From assembly GCA_049724395.1 (NCBI GenBank), contig JAUGWO010000007.1, positions 310,001 through 374,000 on the forward strand: a stretch of 64,000 bases of DNA, read 5' to 3'. Position numbers and translations under genes: made by a program. The notes beneath the pieces were generated by a model. It was not told the DNA's origin. It saw nothing but the letters and a program-made list of their open reading frames with translations, and made no database searches. This document shows positions 26,459-38,900 of this stretch, piece by piece. How positions within the stretch are numbered: the stretch's first letter is position 1; every line of letters starts with the position of its first letter. The DNA is from Spongospora subterranea f. sp. subterranea (Eukaryota).

Positions 26459-26902
26459 TTCAAATAAGCAAGAACGACGAGAATCTTGTTCTAATCGGCC
26501 TCGTATCTCGGGCTCTGACAACCAATACGCAGTCCGGGCGTTAAAAGCCGCCGATTACCGGTGGCTGCGGTGCGATCAAAACTTACCCTGCTCTTTGTGC
26601 CTTAACAATGGTGATGAATCTGGCCGGGATTTTGCTTCTCTAGATGGTTGACATACATAACGTGGGTTTATTTCCGCCACATGTCAGGTCCAAAGGCGAA
26701 ATAGAAATCAAAAAACGTTGTCAGTGACGCGTCACCGAAACAACGACTGTGTCTTTTGGGGTTGCTTTGTCTATCTCACTCCGGTTTAGGTAGATATTTC
26801 CAGTAAAAATACTCTAGAATCCTTCTAGGTTGACATCAAAGCGAATCACGTTTGTATGGGTTGGTTGCAACAAATCTCATTAGTAGCTGGTTGTCACGCT
26901 GT

Positions 26903-29900
26903 TCAATTCATCATTGTAATTTGTGTTTTTACAAAATCTAACGCATTTGAATGTAATGTATGTATTATATTCAGAAGTTTCCCTACTGTTAAACACTTAC
27001 GGGAGGCACAGCATTGGACGCGGCGCGAGCTCTGCGACGGCGGATGAAGAAACAAGCCAGCAGAGACATGCAAGAAACGCCTACAGCGCAGGCTACAGCT
27101 ACAGCTGCAGTTTTGTTAGCCGCGCTGTTGTCTGACGCTCCATCCGCGCCTTTGCTCGAATCATTCTGCCAGAATGTTTCAGACTAGCGTTAGAAAAGAG
27201 AATAAAACTCAACTTACCCGAGGTGACGTGGTAATGCTTGACGTAACCCGAATGCTGTTTATGCTCTGGCTGGGTTGTCGAGAGACGGTTCCGGCAGTTG
27301 AGCATTGGCTTGTCTTAGTTTGATTGAGCAGCGAAGTCGTAAACTTCAACCCTGACATACAGATCTTGGATGTTTTTAACGATGATCCTAATCGCATTGT
27401 TCCGGATGTTGCAAAGATTCGCCCAGAATAAGTGGATAGATCGCATGACCATAAACGCCCATTAGATCCAGTGTCGTACCAAATCTTGACATTATTAGAA
27501 TTTCCATCAATTACAATAGAAATCTGGGTCCAGGTTTTGACCGGAACCGGTAGACTCGCTTGACATGATTCGTAGGACCAAACTTTATCCTGTGTATTTT
27601 TCTTGACTTGCATGTTGACTTTTGCCTGTCCCCTGATAAGTATGGAAACGATATTAACTATGAAGTGGAATTACCTTTCCATCGGGTGTTATCCACAGGC
27701 TTGGAAGTCCTTCAAGGTCGCTTGCTGCACCATTACTACGACTAAAGATGTTAATGTAGCCAGGCCCGTACTCGTTTGGATAGATCCACAACGAATATGA
27801 GCTTGTAACAGATCCATCCATAGCCGACTGTACATCTTTGACTAAAGTAACAAGTGGTAAGGTCGGAGCAACAACAGCTGGACCATCGAAGATAGAAAAC
27901 ATCGAGGTCGAATTGCAGTGATCTGTTGAATTATTCCATGGACAAATTTTCGACAGTTCGGTAAGGGAATCCTGAGACAGAATGTTAAAAAATCATGAGC
28001 TGAATGTACATATTTTACTTACAGAGATGTGAACATCCTTCGGTGCTTTTCCATCATTTGCAATAGGAGCCGTTGGTGGCAATTGTGGATAAGTCGGCGA
28101 CAAAGTAGTAAGCGATGGATATGGAACAGGCAATGGCCCTTCGCTACTGTACACCGTGCTGACTTTAGCGCCTGATCTTACTGATGTTCTTTTCTGAGGA
28201 ACATAATAGTCTGGTTGCGTCGTACTTTCAAATGATGATAGAGCTGAGCCATATGGATTCGATGAACTTCTATAGGATGACTGATTATCGGAACTTGGCG
28301 GCATTCCACACCTAGGACCGCAGATTGAAGAACGGGGTACATACGAGCTTAAGGAATTCACAACAAACTCAATAGGTCCTATTCTGACTTTCCCGGGTAA
28401 GTTGGAAGGAGATCAAACCCTCATCTGCGCCCAGAGCAGTCCATTTTGCGTTACAGCCACCTCCGACATTGGACGTGAACAATCCCCCTATATGACCAAC
28501 ACCTTTCGCAAGCGATTCGGTGGCATAGACTTGATTGCTGCAAACGCACTCAGGAAAGAAGAACGTGACCGACTCTAAGCTTTGTTCGGTTTCAGGAAGA
28601 AACTGTGCTTGGTAAGTAAATATCGTATTGCCACTTGCCTCATCGAATCGACTTGTTTGGAAGCTAATATTATATCCATTTGATATCCTGGATTGTAAAA
28701 GCGAAGAACACCCACAATTATGACAAGGTTTTGTCGACGTTCCATTTTTCGTTCTTGAATGACTACTGGATGAACTAGCAACAGAAGTTCCGGGAGTGAT
28801 TGATTTAGTAGAGCTCCCCAGAGACGTAGGATTTCTGGTGGTTGAATTCGGAAGTGGAGAGGGATGAGTAGATTGTGAAGTGGATGGCAATGATGACGAT
28901 GACGATACGGTGACAGATGTTGTAGTTTTTCTCGATGTCAGTTGCATCGAAGTTGAAGCTGCAGAGGTAGTAACGATGCCCTTTGCAGATGTTGTAGACA
29001 GCAATGACGGCGGCGCTTGCGATTTCTGTCCACATTCAGGACGCCCGCAGACGGGACCGCAAATTTTAACACGTTCCAAGTTTGCATTTCCTGAATTAAC
29101 TGTCAGCCCGATCGGACCCATTGCGAATTGTCCAGGAACCCTGTAGGATATTAGTCCTTCATCGGCATTCAGATTGAACCATTTTGCAGAACAAAGTTCG
29201 CCTGAATCAGATGCGAAGGATCCGCCAATATCGATAGGTTCATTTGGAAGAGATGCGGTCACCTGAACTTCATTGGCACACAAACAGGTGGGAAAGAAAA
29301 ACGTAACCGAATCGAGGCTCTGGTCGTTATCAGGGAGGAACTTAACTGCGTAAGTAAATATAGTAGAACTGCTTTCCTGATCAAAACGTGATGATTCAAG
29401 GGTGATGTTGTACCCATTTGAAGTGTTGGATTGCGTTAACGCGGGGCATTCCGGAACACGATCCTGAAGACATGGTGGTCTCGTTGTCCTAGCTTTGGTA
29501 TGGGGATCGCGTCCGGACCCACTAGTTGTATTGCGAGGAGGTGAAGCTGTTGACTTTCGGGTGCCTCTTGAAGATACAGCTGTTGTAGTTATTGCAGGAG
29601 ATATTGCCGGCGTTGTGATAGTTCCTGATGACACATGGGTGGTGACAGCTTTTGATGAAGCTGAAGATGAAGTTATCAGAGAAGATGCAGGCGTTGTGGT
29701 AGCTCCTGATGACATTGGAGACGTTGTTACCGCAGATGACGCATGCGTTGTGATAGGTTTGGACGACGCTGAAGATGTGGTAACTGAAGAAGGTACCGGG
29801 GTTGTGGTAGGTCCTGATGATATAGGAGACGTAGTTAACGCAGAAGAAGTTGTGATAGGTTTGGATGACGATGAAGTTGTAGTTGTGGAAGATGATACCG

Positions 29901-32900
29901 GCGTTTTGGTAGCTCCTGATGATATAGGAGATGTAGTTAATGACGCAGGTGTTGTGATAGGTTTGGATGACGATGAAGATGTAGTCGTGGAAGAAGATAC
30001 TGGCGTTGTGGTAACTCCTGATGACATGGGAGATGTTGTGACCGCAGATGAAGCATGCGTCGTGATAGGTTTGGATGATGCTGAAGTCGTCATGGACGAC
30101 GATACCGGCGTTGTGGTAGCTCCTGATGACATGGGAGATGTTGTGACCGTAGATGAAGCATGCGTCGTGATAGGTTTGGATGATGATGAAGTTGCATTCA
30201 TGGACGACGATACCGGCGTTGTGGTAGCTCCTGATGACATGGGAGATGTTGTGACTGCAGATGACGCAGGCGTTGTGTTAGATTTTGATGACGGTGAAGA
30301 TGTGATCATTGAAGAAGATATTGGCGTTGTGGTAGCTCCTGATGACATAGGGGATGTTGTTACCGCCGAAGCACGCGTAGTCAAAGGCTTGGAAGATGCT
30401 GGACTTGTATTTGGTGAAGAGGGCACAGGAGTAGTAGTAGCATTTGAAGATGCAGGAATCGTACTTGCTAATGAAGACGCAGGTGTCGGTGAAACCGCTG
30501 TTGAAGAAACCTTTGACGTTGACGATGCTTTTGAAGACGACACTTGAGTCAGGCAGTCGGGAATTCCACAAACTGGCCCACAAATTGTTGAATGCTGACT
30601 ATTACTGAGGTCAGAATTGATTGTCATTTCGATTCTTCCCAACTTGTATTCTCCAGGTAACATATACGAGACCAAGCCTTCATCAGCGTTTAAATTGAAC
30701 CATTTTGCTGAGCATGAAGATTCGGAATTGGCAACAAATGACCCGCCAATATCAACAGGTTCATTTGGAAGCATAGCGGTAGCCTGGTTGCTGTCATTAC
30801 AAAGGCACGGTGGAAGGAAGAATGTGACTGAGTCGAGACTTTGCAAGTTGTCGGGAAGGAACTTGACACCATAAGTAAATACAGTTTTGCCGCTTACAGA
30901 GTCATATTTGGTTGACCGAATACTAACATTGTACCCATTCGATATGTTGGACTGAATTTGAGCGGGGCATTGAAAAACGCGATCATCAGCACACAACGGT
31001 TTTGTGGTTCTCTGTTTGGTTTCTGGATGACGACTGGCTCCTGTAGTTACAAAAGAACTGGATGATGACGAAAATGGTTGCGAAGATGACCTGTTTGTAG
31101 GTAAAGCCGATGTTGAGGGTAATTTACTCAATTTGGCAGTCGTTGCGACAGCTGTCGAAGATGCAGGGGTCGTGATAGCTCCTGATGATATCGGAGATGT
31201 AGTTACTGAAGAGGTAACAGGAGTCGTACTTGCTGATGAGGATGTAGGGATCGTGGTCGCTCCAGACGATACCCGAGGTGTAGTTACTGAAGAGGGAATA
31301 GGCGTCGATCCAGCAACTGAAGATGCACGAGTTGTACTTGCTGATGAGGATGTAGGGGTCGTGGTCGCTCCTGATGATACCCGAGGAGTGGTTACTGAAG
31401 AGGGAATAGGCGTCGATCCAGCAACTGAAGATGCACGAGTTGTACTTGCTGATGAGGATGTAGGGATCGTGGTCGCTCCTGATGATACCCGAGGAGTGGT
31501 TACTGAAGAGGGAATAGGCGTCGATCCAGCAACTGAAGATGCACGAGTTGTACTTGCTGATGAGGATGTAGGGATCGTCGTCGCTCCTGATGATACCCGA
31601 GGAGTGGTTACTGAAGAGGGAATAGGCGTCGATCCAGCAACTGAAGATGCACGAGTTGTACTTGCTGATGAGGATGTAGGGATCGTGGTCGCTCCTGATG
31701 ATACCCGAGGAGTGGTTACTGAAGAGGGAATAGGCGTCGATCCAGCAACTGAAGATGCACGAGTTGTACTTGCTGATGAGGATGTAGGGATCGTGGTCGC
31801 TCCTGATGATACCCGAGGAGTGGTTACTGAAGAGGGAATAGGCGTCGATCCAGCAACTGAAGATGCACGAGTCGTACTTGCTGATGAGGATGTAGGGGTC
31901 GTGGTAGCTCCTGATGATAACCGAGGAGTAGTTACCGAAGAGGGAATAGGCGTCGATCCAGCAACTGAAGATGCACGAGTCGTACTTGCTGATGAGGATG
32001 TAGGGGTCGTGGTAGCTCCTGATGATAACCGAGGAGTAGTTACCGAAGAGGGAATAGGCGTCGATCCAGCAACTGAAGATGCACGAGTCGTACTTGCTGA
32101 TGAGGATGTAGGGGTCGTGGTAGCTTCTGATGATACCCGAGGTGTAGTTACTGAAGAGGGAACAGGCGTCGATCCAGCAACTGAAGATGCACGAGTCGTA
32201 CCTGCTGATGAGAATGCAGGGGTCGTTAAACCAGGGGTCGTGACAGCTACTGAAGATGCAGGAATCGTACTTGGTGATGAAATTGCACGAGTCGTGGTTG
32301 CTTGTGATGATACAAGAGGTGTAGTCACTGAAGAGGGAACAGGCGTCGATCCAGCAACTGAAGATGCACGAGTCGTACCTGCTGTTGAGAATGCAGGGGT
32401 CGTGATAACAGGAGTCGTGGGAGCTACGGAAGAGGCAGGAATCGTACTTGGTGATGAAAATGCAGGAGTTGTGGTAGCTCCTGACGATACCCGAGGTGTA
32501 GTTACTGAAGAGGGAACAGGCGTCGATCCAGCAACTGAAGATACACGAGTCGTACTTGGTGATGAGAATGCAGGAGTTGTGGTAGCTCCTGATGATACCC
32601 GAGGTGTAGTTACTGAAGAGGGAACAGGCGTAGATCCAGCAACTGAAGATGCAGGAGTCGTGGTTGCTTGTGATGAGACCCGAGGTGTATTTACTGAAGA
32701 GGGAACAGGCGTCGATCCAGCAACTGAAGATGCGCGAGTCGTACTTGGTGATGAAAATGCAGGAGTTGTGGTAGCTCCTGATGATATCCGAGGTGTAGTT
32801 ACTGAAGAGGGAACAGGAGTCGTGGCAGCAACTGAAGATGCACGAGTCGTACTTGGTGATGAAAATGCAGGAGTTGTGGTAGCTCCTGATGATATCCGAG

Positions 32901-35900
32901 GTGTAGTTACTGAAGAGGGAACAGGAGTCGTGGCAGCAACTGAAGATGCACGAGTCGTACTTGGTGATGAAAATGCAGGAGTTGTGGTAGCTCCTGATGA
33001 TACTCGAGGAGTAGTTACTGAAGAGGGAACAGGCGTCGATCCAGCAACTGAAGATGCACGAGTCGTGGTTGCATGTGATGATACCCGAGGTGTAGTTACC
33101 GAAGAGGCAACAGGCGCCGTACTTGATATTGAAGATGCAGGAATCGTACTTGCTGACGACGATGCAGGAGTCGTGGTAGCTCCTGATGACATCGGAGGTG
33201 TAGTTGCTGAAGAGGAACCAGGAGTCGTACCTGCTACGGAAGATGCAGGAGCCGTACTTGCTGATGATGAAGAAGCAAGGGTGGTTGTAGCTCCAGAGGA
33301 CGTAGGAGTTGAAATGACTGTAGATGAAACAAGTGAGGATGGGGCCGATGACGAAGCCTTTTGTGACGTTGAAGGTGCCAATGAAGACGAGACTTGGTTG
33401 GTCAGGCAATCGGGAATCCCGCAAACTGGTCCACAAATTTCTGAACGTCCATTGGTATCAGAGACAGAATTGATTTTCATTTCAATTGATCCCATCTTGT
33501 ATTCTCCAGGCAACATATACGAGACCAAGCCTTCATCAGCGTCTAGATTAAACCATTTTGCTGAGCATAAAGATTCGGAATTAGCAACAAATGCCCCTCC
33601 AATGTCGACAACTTCATTTGGCTGCATCGCGGTAGCCTCGACGCTGCCATTGCAAAGGCACGGTGGAAGGAAAAAGGTGACTGAGTCGAGACTTTGCAGG
33701 TTGTTGGGAAGGAACTTGACTGCATAAGTAAATACAGTTTTGCCACCTACAGAATCATATGTTGCTGATCGAATACTGACATTGTACCCATCCGATACGT
33801 TTGACTGAACTTGAGCGGGGCATTGATTAACCCGATCGGAAGCACATAATTGTTTTGTGGTCCTTTGTTTGGTTTCTGGGAGGCGACTGGAGCCTGTTGC
33901 AAAAGTCGAAGGAACTGAAGAAGACGATGCAGGTGATGACGCGGATGCCTTTACACTGCTTGAAGACGAGGAACTTGTTAGTGACGAAACTGGTTGCGCC
34001 GTTGAAGACGTTTTAGCCGATTTAGATGTCGAAAACTTAGCGCATTTGGGGCTTCCGCAAACTGGGCCGCAAATTGAAGAACTGGGAATATAATCGTGTG
34101 CAGAATGAACTAGTAAGTCGATGGATCCCATTTTATACTCCCCAGGTAGTTCATATGCCACCAATCCTTCTTTAGCGTCAAGATCATACCATTTTGCAGA
34201 ACACTGTGATACAGAATTGGATTTGAACGATCCTGCAATGCCAAGGAACACTGTTTGATTGGCTGCTACTGCGTGCACTTCATGTGCGCAGACGCAAGAT
34301 GGAAAGAAGAATGAGATGGAATCTAAATTTTTCGTGGTACCAGGGAGGGACTTGACTGCATATGTAAATAGAGTGGTTTTCCTTGAATGGTCAAATTTCG
34401 CAGAGAGAACAGTAATGTTGTACCCATCGGAAACATTTGACCTTGATAACGCCGGACATTCGAACACGCGATCAGAAACGCAAGGCTTTTTCGTTTTTCG
34501 ATGAGTCGTTTTCGTATGATGACTTGATACTGTTGTATAAGATGGAGGAGTCACTTTTTTTATGGTACTTGGCGGACCCGACGATTTTGATGAAGAAGTG
34601 ATTGCATGCGACCCTTCTTTCGTTGTCGAAAATGGCTTAGAAGTTAACGTAGATGTTGGTGAAGAAAGCGCAATGGTAGTGGCATGTGAAGTTGAGGAAG
34701 GAGTCAAAGACGTCGTGCTAGCAACTGATGATATTCTCGTTGATGGTGCAGCCGTGGAAGATGACAGGATCGCTGAAGATGTCGTTGGCCTGGTAGTGGA
34801 TGCAGCGGTTGTTGTTGAAAAAAATACTGGCGTTGTAGTGACTCCTGGAGAAGATGGGGCGTTTGTATTTCCAGAAGAAAATCGCTTAGAAGTTAACGTA
34901 GATGTTGGTGAAGAAAGCGCAACGGTGATGGCATGTGAAGTTGAGGAAGGAGTCAAAGGCGTCGTGCTAGCAAACTGATGATATTCTCGTTGATGGTGCA
35001 CCCGTCGAAGATGTCAGGATCGCTGAGGATGTCGTTGGTCTGGTAGTGGATGCAGCGGTTGTTGTTGAAAAAGATACTGGCGTTGTAGTGACTCCTGGAG
35101 AAGATGGGGCGTTTGTATTTCCAGAAGAGAATCGCTTAGAAGTTAACGTAGATGTTGGTGAAGAAAGCGCAACGGTAGTGGCATGTGAAGTTGAGGAAGG
35201 AGCCAAAGGCGTCGTGCTAGCAACTGTTGAAATTCTTGTTGTTGGAGCAGCCGTTGAAGATGTCAGGATCCCTGAAGATGTCGTTGGCTTGGGAGTGGAT
35301 GCAGCGGATGTTGTTGAAAAAGATACTGGCGTTGTGGTGACCCCTGGAGACGATGGCGCATTTGTATTCCCAGAAGAAAATCGCTTAGACGTTAACGTAG
35401 ATGTTGGTGAAGAAAGCGCAAAGGTAGTGGCATGTGACGTTGAGGAAAGAGTCGAAGGCGCTGTGCTAGCAACTGATGAAATTCTCGTTGATGGTGCAAC
35501 TGTGGAAGATGCCAGGCTCGCTGAAGATGTCGCAGGCCTGGTGGTGGATGCAACGGTTGTTAAAGAGGATACTGGCGTTGTGTTGACTCCTGGAGACGAT
35601 GGCGCCTTTGAGCTTCCAGAAGAATTAGGTGGCAAGGTACTGCTTGGAGACGAAACATTTGTTGGTGACGAAGTTGATCGCGACGTTGAAGGAGTTTTAG
35701 CCGATTTAGATGTCGAAAACTTAGCGCATTTGGGGCTTCCGCAAACTGGGCCGCAAATTGAAGAACTGGGAATATAATCGTGTGCAGAATGAACTAGTAA
35801 GTCGATGGATCCCATTTTATACTCCCCAGGTAGTTCATATGCCACCAATCCTTCTTTAGCGTCAAGATCATACCATTTTGCAGAACACTGTGATACAGAA

Positions 35901-38900
35901 TTGGATTTGAACGATCCTGCAATGCCAAGGAACACTGTTTGATTGGCTGCTACTGCGTGCACTTCATGTGCGCAGACGCAAGATGGAAAGAAGAATGAGA
36001 TGGAATCTAAATTTTTCGTGGTACCAGGGAGGGACTTGACTGCGTAAGTAAATAGAGTAATTTTCCTTGAAGGGTCAAATTTCGCAGAAAGAGCAGTAAT
36101 GTTGTACCCATCGGAAACATTTGACCTTGATAGCGCCGGACACTCGAACACGCGATCAGAGACGCAAGGCTTTTTCGTCTTTTGATGAGTCGTTTTCGTA
36201 GGGTGCTTTGATACTGTTGTATAAGATGGAGGAGTCACTTTTTTTATAGTAGTTGGCGGACCCGACAATTTTGATGAAGAAGTGATTGCATGCGACCCTT
36301 CTTTCGTTGTCGAAAACGGCTTAGGAGTAACCGTAGATGTTGGTGAAGAAAGCGCAACAGTAGTGGCATGTGAAGTTGATGAAGGAGTCAAAGACGTGGT
36401 GCTAGCAACTGATGATATTCTCGTTGTTGGTGCAACCGTGGAAGACGCCGGAATCGCTGAAAATGTCGTAGTCCTGATAGTGGATGCAGAGGTTGTTGTT
36501 GAAGAAGATACTGGCGTTGTGGTAACTCCTGCAGACGATGGGGCGTTTGTATTTCCAGAAGAGATCGGTGGCAAGGTTGATAAGACAGGTCGGGTAACTT
36601 TTGATGTTGATGCCGCTGATGAAGATAACGACTGTTTGATTAGACAATCCGGAATTCCGCAAACCGGTCCACAAATTGTTGAATGTGAAGTGTGGCTTGA
36701 GCGAGGATTAACTACGAAATCAATTATTCCCATCTTGTATTCTCCCGGTAACATATAAGAGACCAAGCCTTCATCAGCGTTCAAATTGAACCATTTCACC
36801 GAACACAATGATTCGGAATTGGCAACAAACGATCCCCCGATTTCGGTAGGTTCATTTGGAAGCATTGCAGTAGCCCGAACGCTGCCATTGCAAAGGCACG
36901 GAGGCAGAAAGAATGTAACGGAGTCTAGGCTTTGCTGGTTGTCGGGATGGAACTTGACTGCGTATGTAAATATAGTATTGTTGCTGACAGAATCATAGTT
37001 TGACGATTGAATAGTAACATTGTATCCATCAGACACGTTTGACTGTAATATACCTGGGCATTGAAAGATGCGATTGGAAGAACACACCTGTTTTGTGGTT
37101 TGTTGAGTGGTTTCTGGATGGCGGCTGGTACCTGTACTTGCATGTGTGGACACAGACGAACCAGTCGGTAGGGATGAAGTGGATAATTTTGCTGTGCTAG
37201 AAGAAAATGATGTTGATGAAGAGGAAGCCGGTGACGATGATGAAATGCTCGTCGAAGATATTGGCGATTTTGATGACGACGCATGCGTCGATAATCGAGT
37301 TGTCTTTTTGATTTGACAATCTGGTGCTCCACAGACAGGTCCGCAAATTGTGGAATGAGAGATATTTTGATTTCCAGAGTGAACTAACATTTCTATTTGG
37401 CCCATTTTGTACTCTCCAGGTAATTCATACGAGACAAACCCTTCATCAGATTGAAGATTGTGCCATGTGGCGGAACATCCAGACATGGAATTTGACATGA
37501 ATGACCCGCCTATGTCAATGGGAACATTGGGTGTGGATGCAGTAGCACGTGTCCCATTTGAACATATACATGATGGAAAGAAAAATGAAATGGAATCTAA
37601 GCTCTCGGCAGTATTAGGAAGAAATTTCACTGCATATGTTAGCACAGAGTTGCCAGTTGTGGAATCAAAACGTGACGAGAAGATACTAACGTTATACCCA
37701 TCCGATAGGTTAGAACGTAATACAAAAGGGCACTCCAATATGCGATCAGAAACGCAAGCTTGTATTGTCGCCCGTCGCTCCGTATGTTTTCTAGAAGTTA
37801 CCGCTTTGGTTGTGGATGTCGGAGCGGGAGGAGTCACTTTTTTTATAGTAGTAGCAGTTGAAGGAGCTAACGATGCCGACGATGTTGAAGGTACCTTTGT
37901 AGTACCTGAGATGTTGACTGTACTTGGTGGCGTAGAAGTTTTCTGAAAAGTAGCTTTGACGGTTGTCGTAAATGTGGGAGAGGGAGGGGTCACCTTTTTG
38001 ATTGTCGTTATTGCAGTTGAAGAAGCTAACGATGTTACGGTTGGTGTCAAAGTGAACACTTTTTTAGTCGTCGAAGGAGCAGGAATTGTTACCTTCGTGG
38101 AAGTTGCGACTGTATTAGGTGGGGTAGAAGTCGTCAATGCAGGAGAAGCTGTGGTTGAAAGAAGAGTAGTTGTTGGCGTAGCAGTTGATGCCAACGGCGT
38201 GGTCACCGCTAAAGATGTACTTCTGACAGTTGTAGTTGCTGGACTCGTAGAACCGGACGTCGGAGTTTGATGCTTACTTGAAGTTTTACTTGAAGTTGGC
38301 GACGATTGTGTAGACGGCTTCGACGCAGGGGTACCGTAGCCTGGAGTGCCGCTGGTTTTTGTTGAAACGGGCGTCGCAGGTTTGGACGTTGGAGGAACAT
38401 AGCCTGGAGGGGCTTTGGTTGATGCATGTGTAGCAGGTTTGGATGTAGGAGGAATATAGCCCGTATTGGCTTTAGTTGGAGTCGGTGTAGCCGGTTTGTA
38501 CGTAGGAGGAACATAACCTGGAATGATTGGAACATATCCTGGTGCTTGTCCAGCAGGTTTCGAAGTAGGAGGAACATAGCCTGGATTGGCTTTAGTTGGG
38601 GTCGGAGTAGCCGGTTTGTACGTAGGAGGAACATAGCCTGGTGCTTGTGGAACAGGTTTGTACGTTGGAGGAACATAACCTGGAATGACTGGAACATAGC
38701 CTGGTGCTTGTGGTGCAGGTTTGTACGTAGGAGGAACATAGCCTGGTGCTTGTGGAACAGGTTTGTACGTTGGAGGAACATAACCTGGAATGACTGGAAC
38801 ATAGCCTGGTGCTTGTGGTGCAGGTTTGTACGTAGGAGGAACATAGCCTGGTGCTTGTGGAACAGGTTTGTACGTTGGAGGAACATAACCTGGAATGACT

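Noticed and set aside
31230..33120. Regularly spaced repeats as a possible CRISPR array
   Set aside because: No unique spacers, period is a multiple of 3 within a coding frame, eukaryotic context and no cas genes.
29495..35777. Long plus-strand V/D/E/G-rich ORFs (e.g. 31133-33727, 864 aa) and the minus-strand 770-aa Cys/Ile ORF 31124-33436
   Set aside because: Antisense or alternate-frame shadows of the S/T tandem repeats; they end where the repeats end.
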